From positions 1-64,000 of the forward strand of contig JADIIX010000032.1 in NCBI GenBank assembly GCA_027604505.1: a stretch of DNA of 64,000 nt, given 5' to 3'. The DNA comes from Gonapodya sp. JEL0774. Taxonomy: Eukaryota. Below the pieces are notes generated by a model. That model saw nothing but the letters and a program-made list of their open reading frames with translations, had not been told where the DNA came from and ran no database searches. Shown one piece after another: positions 26,501 through 35,950 of the stretch. The number at the start of each line of letters is the position of its first letter. The stretch's first letter is position 1. The translations under genes and the position numbers were made by a program.

Positions 26501-27886
26501 CTAGTAATCATCGTTCAACCGCAGAACTTTGCCAAAATCCACCCCAGTAGCGGTAAGGTGCATGTTCAACTGCCATATCTCTACTCCGGCTGATTGGGCT
26601 GCTTGAGCTGCTTCAGATATCTCCTTCGAGGTGTCACAAATTTAATCCGTGGGGTCTTTCCTCCAAAATCACCTTCTGCATTGCTCACTTGTATTCCAGC
26701 ACTTGCTGGTGGCCTGGTGAAAGGAGGTGCGTCGTACATGAAAACGATGAGAAGAATAGCACGTGTTCGGGGGATGGTGGAGCCGGCGGGGTGTACAGGC
26801 AACTTCTGCTCAGATCTACATTCCAAACGACGAAATTGTGTTTGTTAGGCCCCCACGCGCTCACAAGATCACGAAGACTTACCGTTCCGATCTCTTTCGT
26901 TTTCGGCTTGTTCTCCCCGAGCCTGAAATGGGGTTGGAGTTGCCTTGGGACTCCACGGCATCAGAACTCGGGAGACCTGTCTGCTGTAGCAAGTTTGAGA
27001 GTTCCTTAAAGTGCTTTCACCCATCGCCTCGAGTGAGGAGCACAACATGGTGTAAATCGCGCGAAGAAAACTACACCTTCACAAGTCGTTGGTACGTGGT
27101 GAACGGTTTCCCTGGCAAAGTGGCAGACGGGTGATCTTGATCAGGGAGGTGCATTAATGGTGTCTGTTTTGGCAGTGAGTGCGCAGGAGAGAACTCTCCA
27201 GGTGCCGCATAAATGCTTCACTCACACACCTTCACCTCCAACCAGGTCTTACCGCCTACGCAGAAGTCTACTCTACTTTTCCCAATCGTTTTCTCTCTCT
27301 CTACACTACCTTGTACCCCCAGTGCTTTGGATAATTCGGATTCGGGGCGAGTCAAAAAAGCTTCCACATATCTGTTCGAGCGTCCTTGGTTGACACCGAT
27401 CCACTTCATATCCATTCGAGGAGTAGTTGATGGTGAAAGGGAGATAGCCTCAACTGTGTAAGATGTCTTCCTGGGTGACAGGGAGGCTTTGGAAGATGAA
27501 GGTGATTCCACGAACGTAGTTGGGGTCGAGAGGAGGCACTGAATAGTGCCATGAGAGAAATCCAGGTTACCTATTCGTCCCGTTGCTGTGATGTATGTGT
27601 TGTTGAAATACATCATCCAATCGCTCATCGATAGTACTTTGAGGAGGACATTCAGACGAGACGAGGTACGCACTAGGACAGTGACATGTCTGCTCCCCTT
27701 CGATGCCTTCAATTTCCACACGCATGAGAAACCGATTGGTTCTGGGTTAAAAATGGTCCACAGATAAGTCCCAATTGCGCGCTGTGCACCGAATCGAGCT
27801 ACAGACCGAGCTTTAACGACGCCATGTATGAGGGGACTTGCAAAGGTGATGCGGTTGCGCTGAGAGAAGCACGCTGGTACAGCCAT
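26501..27886 (-). CDS. sfsA: SfsA-family (sugar fermentation stimulation protein A) OB-fold + PD-(D/E)XK nuclease, 7 exons, 323 aa
   Basis: Exons 27886-27807, 27741-27674, 27585-27230, 27163-27077, 27013-26883, 26815-26689, 26623-26501 total 972 nt, in frame, all GT..AG. Motifs ARTNRFLMRV, CHCPTTGRIGNL, CLLS, RKTSYTVEAI, WIGVNQGRSNRYVEAFL, EREKTIGKSRVDF, WLEVK, RLVKHFKEL, RAILLIVF, SAGVEIW. Confidence 0.88.
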
Positions 27887-28108
27887 CGTCCTTGTGATGG
27901 GGACGATCGTTTACCAGCTACTGATCTTCGCAATATCCCGTTACAATGCGTTTACCCGAGTGCTCCACATTCATTTGCACAGGCACGAAATTACATTGCG
28001 AAAGCTACCAAGCCATGGTATGTTACTTGTTGGCCTTAAATCCCCCGAGTGACTTTCCAGATCCAGACATGAATCCATCCACGGCTCCACAGCTGACAAC
28101 TCATCCCT

Positions 28109-30731
28109 TTACCCTTCCCAACCTACAAACCTTCTGAATTCCTTGGTATCCCTCACTACATCATCCTCGGCAATTCGATTTAACCAGTTTTCCAGCTCTC
28201 TCTGCCTCTTCAGCACGAAATTGGCGTCAAACCTCTCTACTCGTCGTTTCGGTGGTAAGGGTGGAACCACGAGGACATCGCGACAGGCGCCGATACGAAT
28301 GCCAGAGATCGCATGATGCAGATCGACGAACTCGGAGTACCGACGACGCACACCGGTGGTAATAATGGGTCGGGGGAACGGTGAGCTTTGAGCATGTGAT
28401 AGAGGAGCCGCCATTGTTGCGTTCGGCACTGTGGTGGCCGTGGTCCGCCCTGGTTCAACGAGCAGGTACTCTGTGTGCCGGAAAGGCCCTGAGCCGAGTA
28501 TATTTGGTGTAGTGAGAACGAATCGCCGAGTCGGTGCGAGCAAATCTGGGGTAGACGCCACTCCTCGGTGAGAACCAGTCGTGGAAATCGGCAGGCGTCT
28601 GTTCTGTTCATGGTCTGATCTGGGCATCTGCGCCTCCTCCGATGATTTGACAGGCGCGTTTAGCTTGTCGCAACTCTCGTTGGATCTTGTGGACCATAAC
28701 GACGCGGATGACGGAGTGGGAGGCACCGATCTACTCGATAATTCATCGGATGTCGGCATAGGGGAGGACTCGTTGCCTCGGAGGCTGATTGCTGAGTCTG
28801 TCAGTGGGAGTCGCACTGGCGGATCCTGTATATTGTTTAACGAAACATCTAACCCCATCCGATTCAAGTGGGCAGAGAGGGAGGTGTGGAAACGAGCGAG
28901 ACCAGCGGGGCTCTCAAAGCCCCCGAAAGCGTACTTGTGCAAGCAGGTTAGTAAGCTGTAAGCGTCAGACGTGAACAAGAAGAAGCTCACCTTCTCAACT
29001 GTCCTTGTGCCCACCACGTCCTCACATGCTATTTCCAGAGCGCTCATACTGAGTGGGAAAGCTTTAATTGTCATCTGATTACACGCAATGCATTCAATGT
29101 ACAGTTAGAGCCTTAGACTTTCTCCAGATCCTCAGGAATCCTGTGACCTACCTCTTCAACTCCCCTCACCATCCCAAGCGGCACACGTAGCCTCCCATCA
29201 CGAGCCTCAACGTCCACTGTTTCTCCATCTCCCGGTGCGTTCACGGGCCTGGCCGCACAGGAGCTTGCACTGTCAAGTGTTTTCTGCTTTTTCAGTACAT
29301 CGCGGACGTTGTCCGGGAGGAAAGCGATCCACAGAGAAGATAATGCGAGCATGCCCGAAACAGACTCGGTCGCGATAGGGGTGAGTGGGGAGTCAGACGG
29401 GATCGATGTCTGTGGCGGAGGGCTGGCGATGATTCGGTAAACTTCAGCAACTGGTGACAAAAGGAATGTCTTGGATTAGATCAACTTGTCAAAAGCATGC
29501 GAAGTATATCATTCACCTTCAATTAATCTTTCCGACTCCGGTAATCCAAACATTCGAGGTGTGACTGTGCCCGTGCTGACTCCGAACTCGTTGCTAGTCA
29601 ATTCGGTTTCCTGACCTTCTACGATCACATCCGCCTTTGTCGCTGTGACACCCTCCTTCTCCAATTGTTTTTCATCTATGCCCGACGCTGCGATGGGATC
29701 GAGGGGGGCGTGCTGCTGAAGATCTCGTTCCGCGGTGGAGAGGGGAACGGGATCTTGATCTGGAGATTCACCCGACGAACGAATGATCAAGTCGAGCAGG
29801 TTAGCTCGGAGAGGAGGGAAGTTGGTGAGGATGGGGAGAATTAAGAAGATGAGAAGCCCCATGGATAGCTCTGGGACGGGGAGGAGGAATCCAGTGACTT
29901 GCGTGAGTGGTGTCTGTAAGATATTTGCACCACACAATCCAAGGGGTGAATCTTCGACCTACCAACTGCCCAAACTACCAATCCTAAATCCATCCAAAGC
30001 ACAATTACAGCCACGAGAGTAAGACCGGCCAGTACTCGAGCGGTTGTGCGTTCGTCCTGCCAAGTAAGAATACGCCAGATGCTTCCTGTGAGGTGGACAA
30101 ACCACCCAGTGAGTTCTTGGGTGAGGGCGACTGTGTCAATAACCCCACGCTCAGGAATGATTGGAGTATTCTCTGTTTTCACAATATTTAAGATCCACGA
30201 GACGGAATGATGGCGATGGAGATAACTCCAGAGCAGGGCTATTACCGGAGTCCACACGAGGACCTTCAGAACCGTTCCCCTTCCAGAAAGCAGGCACGCG
30301 AGGTACATCAAAGTCCAAAACGCCGACTTCCATCTTTTTCGCCACTCGATTATCTCCAGTGCCGGGTTGAGTAGAGATTCGGTGAGAGCGCGGGAGACAC
30401 CGACAGTCCTCGAAGCATTGGGTACGAGAGTTTGGAGCCGGACGCCAGGAGCCGGACGGGGAGAGAAAAGCGATGCAACGCGAGAGATTTGGGGCTCGAC
30501 CGTGGATGTGTATATCTGTGGGTACCACCGGCGGGAGCGGGGTGTATTGACGTCATCACGACGGACTCTTTCATCAAACCATCTTACCCTCTTCACGGCC
30601 ATCGTTGTCGAAAGAGTTGGAGATGCTCTCCATGCCTTATGAACTTCTGGAGAAGCAGACCGCACCACACCCGATTCGTTCTTAGGTAACATTTGGTCCT
30701 TCCATTTATCGCTTGCTGTGACTGCAGTCAT
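28109..30731 (-). CDS. Membrane protein with paired hydrophobic hairpins, probable GRAM/PH-like segment and C-terminal PX domain
   Basis: PX: HTEYLL...VRRRYSEFVDLHHAI...VPPLPPKR..FDANFVLKRQRELENWLNRI. TM hairpins follow IIEWRKRWKS and ILTWQDERTT. Beta-rich middle (GMLALSSLWIAF..LRVPLGMVRGVE..ALEI..YAFGGF). Confidence 0.75.
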
Positions 30732-30894
30732 GCGCGAGGTATTCAATCACTCTCAGTTTTTGAATATATAATGTTGAACTTTTTGAGAAGTTTTGATTTG
30801 AATTGTTCTTGATTCGTGAAGATGGGCAACAGAGTGGGCTGGTTCCTATCAAGCACTCTGTTGTCAGTTCCTTTTACATTTCATAATCTCGTTC

Positions 30895-32623
30895 ATGTCT
30901 CCCCCACTTCCCGTATCGCCTTCTACAGATTCTATGAACGACGAAACATTCAGCGCAGCTTCTGGCGTGGACGATTCGCGCTCAACGCGACGAGACAACC
31001 AGGACCTCGCTGTGCGCGCAATCGGGCAGTACCTGCTCAGAGGTTGGGTGCTGACAGACGCGGCATGCGCTGATTGCGGCGTGAGTGTAAAGAATCACTC
31101 GTTTTCGTGCTTTCCTTGAATGGGATGAGGCTACTCCTCCTTTTATTTCGAGGTCACGTCTCAAAGATCTGCTCTCATTACATAGTGCCCACTTATGAGA
31201 TCAAAGGACGCCTCTCTTACGTTCTGCCCTGTCTGTGCTCCTGTTCCACTCACGATCTCGGCCTGGGCGCCTGCTCCCTCCGCTGCCTCCACAGCGCCAG
31301 CTGTTGCACCATCGACTTCTACGCCAAGATCCCTTCTTCCGACTCCCGCTGGTTCCACAATGGCCCCACCCGCAGTGGCTATTTCCCCTCCTGCTTCTGC
31401 TGGTGCAACGGAAACCGACGGGTGGAGTGATTTGGAACCCAGTCACGGTGCTACACCTGACGTGGAACGCCAGGCGGCTCTCGCCTTTGCCGAAGCCGAA
31501 GCCAGGACGCGTGCTGAAGAAGCTGAAGCAGCTGCTATGGAGGCCGAGGAGCAAGCGGAACGAGAGGAGGAACTGGCGCTGTTTCAGGAGCAAATCGGCC
31601 GTCCGATTGCGAATGCTATCTTACCCACGGCACACGGAGGATCCTCCACGAGCTCTTCATCTGCACCTGTTGCAACTACAAGCACAGCACAACGAGGTTG
31701 GTGCCCGAAATCGCTTTCAAGTTCACGAAGGAATCTTTGAACACTTGAGCACACGCTTGAATCGCTTCAGAGTCCCCCACCAAGCTCCTCGCCCAACTCA
31801 TGCTTCAAGGCTGGACACTCACCGCTGAAACATGTCCCAAGCCTGAATGTGCGGCGGTAGGTTGCAGTTTCACTGTGCCCAGACTTTCTTCATCCTCAAC
31901 ACAATTTGAACAACGGTCGAAAGATCCCTCTCGCCCGTAATCGTCTGCGCCACCGGCACTGTGTTGGCTGTGGCTCCACTTATGTCGACCCAACCGTCGT
32001 TGGGGTTGCCGCGGTAGCGGAACCTTCGGCAGGGTCTCTTCCTGGACCGGCAGGTGGCGTCGGTCAACGGCCTGAGCAGACAGTCGCCGCTCCAGCTATT
32101 GTAGTGGAGCGAGCAACCATATCTGCTGTGTCCACTTCCCACAAACGGGAACCATCCCGGGAACCGGAGCCCAGTGGCCACATCAAGGTACGTTTGAACA
32201 CCCCTGTGTCTGCGCCAGTGTTCACACCATATGTAACACCCATGGCTAACACTCTAGCGATCTCGCTCTAAACAACCTCAGGACGTATCGGCCTCGAACG
32301 CGGGAGCCCCGTATCTTCCTCCTCAACCAAACCCTCGACCAACCGTTCCAGCACCTGTGATTCCAACTGCCCCGCCCCAAGCGCTTGCCCTCGTCCCGCT
32401 CTCCGACCTTTCTTCCCTCCTTTCCTCCCACCTCGCCCTCCTGCACACCCGGCTCCACGCGGTACACGAGCAACTACGCAGTCTCTACCTTGCCCCCGAT
32501 GGGTCGTCGAGAGTAACGAATTTAACGAAAGAGGAGAGAGAGAGGGCTAATGGACTTGTGAGGGAGAGTGGGGAGCTGGCGAGGGCGGTCAAGGAGGTGG
32601 TGGGAGCGCGAGAGGAGTTGTAG
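30895..32623 (+). CDS. SSSCA1/ZNRD2-like (Sjogren/scleroderma autoantigen p27 zinc-ribbon) protein with two zinc-ribbon repeats
   Basis: IGQYLLRGWVLTDAACADCG-VPLMRSKDASLTFCPVC and LAQLMLQGWTLTAETCPKPECAA-IPLARNRLRHRHCVGC, plus a C-terminal helical region. Confidence 0.8.
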
Positions 32624-32790
32624 ATGGAGTACTCATTATTCACAATTCAAGTCAAAACTACAGAAGGCTCTGTGATCGAACCATGTGAACATGACGTTAA
32701 ATCTGATACATGTGACTGGCATTATTTTTGAACAGTACATGGGAGAGATGGGAGGGGGCAAGGCGGCCACATCAACTGCTTTATCTCAAT

Positions 32791-34080
32791 ATGAACAACG
32801 CTCAGAATGACATTCTCCCGAGCCTTGTCTGGCATGAAGTGGCTCTACTCTCGTCTGAACAAAGTCTACTTCGCCTCCGGCTCACCTGCCGCGCCGTCTC
32901 GACCCACGTTACTCGTGCCATCCCATCGGTTGTAATCGATGCCGCCAAAACTCACTTCAGAACTCAACGGTGTCGCCTTTTCCCACTTGTATTTGTTGAA
33001 ACACCCTCAGCGAGTGACTTTCCTGCAGCATGTAGGCTGTTTGTGGACCGATGTCGGGCGGCAGGAGTTGACCTAATAGGATATGGGGACATGCTTTTCA
33101 AGCAGGCGGCATTGATTCACAGCCCCAGGATATCGCTGGCCAAGACAGGTCTTTTCCTTTCGCTCGCTGGGCTGCAAATGTACTCGAATCTATGGAATTT
33201 CATCTCAAACAGGGATAGCAGAGATAGAGACCCCCCCCGCGGTTCACGTCGACGTGAATATCGGAGAGTGTATGACAGTTCTCTCATCTCTACCATAAAC
33301 TACTTCGCCTCTTTGCATTCGGAACCGTACATTGCTTCCGACCGCCGCAACGATTCATCTCCCCACGGACGTCCTGACTCTCCTGACTCAGCCTCTTCTC
33401 GAGACGAACTTATACCAATCATCCATGATGAAAGCGACTGGAATGCGTTCGTCGATTCGTACCCTCACCCACTTGACGCTGTTGCACTCAGTCTCATCGC
33501 ACCTGCAAACAATGCTGAGACATCAACCCTGTTGTTGAGCTCTGCTTCTCTCCCGTGGGTGGCTAAGCTATGGATCGTAGACATGTGTGGAGAGACTGGG
33601 ATTCAACACGACGAGTGCCATTCCCTTGCCGTTTTGGCCTTGGAGCATCGCCCGTGGGTGACCAATCGAGTGATTCGGGCAGTTGCACCCTCACACGATG
33701 AAATGAGTCTCGTCTCTGGATGGACACGGGCGATCGCAAGCTCCGTGGGAAATTCGGTTGAGTTGACGATACGGTGTCTCATGCAGCATTTATGGCAGGG
33801 GCTAGGAGATGGTCGCGAGGTTGGAGGACGGAGCTATACTTTTCGTGGGATATGCGATGCTCTGGAAGCATTTCAACTTCAAATGTGCTGTAGAGGCTAT
33901 GGTGCAGATGTTATACGCGGCCATTTGCGCGAAGCCTTCCATGCGGTTCAGAATTTGCAATATTACGTTGACCGAACTTGGGAGAGCATCGGCTTGGAGG
34001 CGCTGGGTGTTGAAAAGACGCAGGGCACCCCTTCTCGGATGTCAGAAAGAAGGCCAAGTTCTGGTGGATGTAGCTGCTAG
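32791..34080 (+). CDS. Intronless F-box-like protein, tandem paralog A
   Basis: N-terminal ILPSLVWHEVALLSSEQSLLRLRLTCRAV resembles an F-box. Colinear with the 34541..35860 copy. Confidence 0.7.
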   Translation: MNNAQNDILPSLVWHEVALLSSEQSLLRLRLTCRAVSTHVTRAIPSVVIDAAKTHFRTQRCRLFPLVFVETPSASDFPAACRLFVDRCRAAGVDLIGYGDMLFKQAALIHSPRISLAKTGLFLSLAGLQMYSNLWNFISNRDSRDRDPPRGSRRREYRRVYDSSLISTINYFASLHSEPYIASDRRNDSSPHGRPDSPDSASSRDELIPIIHDESDWNAFVDSYPHPLDAVALSLIAPANNAETSTLLLSSASLPWVAKLWIVDMCGETGIQHDECHSLAVLALEHRPWVTNRVIRAVAPSHDEMSLVSGWTRAIASSVGNSVELTIRCLMQHLWQGLGDGREVGGRSYTFRGICDALEAFQLQMCCRGYGADVIRGHLREAFHAVQNLQYYVDRTWESIGLEALGVEKTQGTPSRMSERRPSSGGCSC

Positions 34081-34177
34081 TAGTATCACTGTGGTGGAGG
34101 GCACCCCTTCTCGGATGTCAGAAAGAAGGCCAAGTTCTGGTGGATGTAGCTGCTATTAGTATCACTGTGGTGGAGGG
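34022..34177. repeat. 76-bp tandem duplication overlapping the 3' end of paralog A
   Basis: Units 34022-34097 and 34098-34173 (AGGGCACCCC...GTGGTGG) differ at one base (CTAGTAG vs CTATTAG). A trailing AGGG follows at 34174-34177. Confidence 0.97.
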
Positions 34178-34540
34178 ACAAGAGGATATTCCTGAGACGC
34201 AAATGTATATAAGTCATCGATTGAATCTGTAGAAGCCTTGACACCCAGATCTTTGTTCAATACAAAATTTCTAAATGAGCCCGAGGTCCGACCACCCATC
34301 TAAATTGACTTTCACAAAGGTGGGGACTTGGCGCGGATGGCGCGGTCAAGTCGGAGGTGGCTGCACGAGAGGAGGTGCAGGTAGGTTACTTAATGTTCAC
34401 GTAGAAGATACAGTGTTGAAGGCTTTGTAGTTTCTTTGAACCATGGTTGGACACCCACATAAGTAGTAATAAATACCTCCATTCGAGCGGGTGTCTGTGA
34501 GTGGTTCAAAAATGCACATGTCCAGTTCATCTTTGTTCAG

Positions 34541-35860
34541 ATGAACAACCCTCAGAATGATATTCTCCCGAGCCTTGTCTGGCATGAAGTGGCTCTACTC
34601 TCGTCTGAACAAAGTCTACTTCGTCTTCGGCTCACCTGCCGCGCCGTCTCGACCCACGTTACTCGTGCAATCCCATCGGTTGTAATTGATGCCGCCAAAA
34701 CTCACTTCAGAACCCAGCGGTGCCGCCTTTTCCCACTTGTATTTGTTGAAACACCCTCAGCGAGTGACTTTCCTGCAGCATGTAGGCTGTTTGTGGACCG
34801 ATGTCGGGCGGCAGGAGTTGACCTAATAGGATACGGGGACATGCTTTTCAAGGAGGCGGCAGTGATTCGTAGCCCCAGGATATCGCTGGCCAAGACAGGC
34901 CTTTTCCTTTCGCTTGCTGGGCTGCAAAAGTACTCGAATCTATGGAATTTCATATCAAAGAGGAGGAACAAAGACAACAGGCGCATGCCGTACAATCATC
35001 CTGATTTAACGGACCCCTGGGGAGAGGGTGACAGCTCTCTCATCTCTGCCATCAACTTCTTCGAATCTTTCCGTTCGCAACCGTACATTGCTTTCGTCCC
35101 CCTCAACGACCTTGCTCTCGACCAAAGTCCCGACAGTCCAAATTCTCCGGAAGAACTTATACCGACCATGAATAATGAAAGTGACTGGAATTCGTTCGTG
35201 CAATATTACCAACATCCATTGGACGCTATTCCACTCATTCTCCTCGCCAATCCAAGCACTGAGATCTCAACTCGTTTATTGAGTTCACCTGCTCTCCCAT
35301 GGGTGGCTAAGCTGTGGATCGTAGACATGTATGGAGGGACTGGGCTTCAACCCGATGAGTGCCATGCCCTTGCCGTTTTGGCCATGGAACATCGTCCATG
35401 GGTGGCCAACCCTGTGATTCGGTCAATTGCACTAGCAAAAGATGAACTGAGCCTCGTCTCTGCGTGGACACAATCGATCACAAAGCTTGCAGGAAGCTCG
35501 ATCGATTTGACGATACGTTGTTTCATGCAGCATTTGTGGCAGGGATTGGCCAGAGGTCCCTATTATGGAGAGACCAGAGATCACTATTATGGGCATCGTG
35601 GAGTATGTGATGCACTGGAAGCATTCCAACTTCATATGCGCTGCAGGGGCTACGATGCAGACGTAGTCCGGGGACAATTGCGCAACGCGTTTGTTGCCAT
35701 CCCGGCGTTCCGCACATATGAGAATGGTTGGCAGGCGTGGGAGAAAGTCGGTGTCGAGGCTTTGGGACTTGAAAATGGGAAGGACAGCCCTACTCGGAGA
35801 GCTGATAGAAGTCCAAGTCCGTACACCACTGTGTCTCCGGTGACCCCAAGGTCTCCATAG
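34541..35860 (+). CDS. Intronless F-box-like protein, tandem paralog B
   Basis: 439-aa ORF. First about 140 aa are almost identical to paralog A; shared LPWVAKLWIVDM, EHRPWV, CDALEAFQL downstream. Confidence 0.75.
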   Translation: MNNPQNDILPSLVWHEVALLSSEQSLLRLRLTCRAVSTHVTRAIPSVVIDAAKTHFRTQRCRLFPLVFVETPSASDFPAACRLFVDRCRAAGVDLIGYGDMLFKEAAVIRSPRISLAKTGLFLSLAGLQKYSNLWNFISKRRNKDNRRMPYNHPDLTDPWGEGDSSLISAINFFESFRSQPYIAFVPLNDLALDQSPDSPNSPEELIPTMNNESDWNSFVQYYQHPLDAIPLILLANPSTEISTRLLSSPALPWVAKLWIVDMYGGTGLQPDECHALAVLAMEHRPWVANPVIRSIALAKDELSLVSAWTQSITKLAGSSIDLTIRCFMQHLWQGLARGPYYGETRDHYYGHRGVCDALEAFQLHMRCRGYDADVVRGQLRNAFVAIPAFRTYENGWQAWEKVGVEALGLENGKDSPTRRADRSPSPYTTVSPVTPRSP

Positions 35861-35950
35861 GCATCGGTTAAAAATTGTTTTTGGTGGAAATTCAAAGTTG
35901 ACAAATAATTTACTTGTTAACAACTTGCCTAATCAAATACCAACATCCAT

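Noticed and set aside
34022..34177. CRISPR-like array
   Set aside because: Only two contiguous units, no spacers, eukaryotic context and no cas genes.
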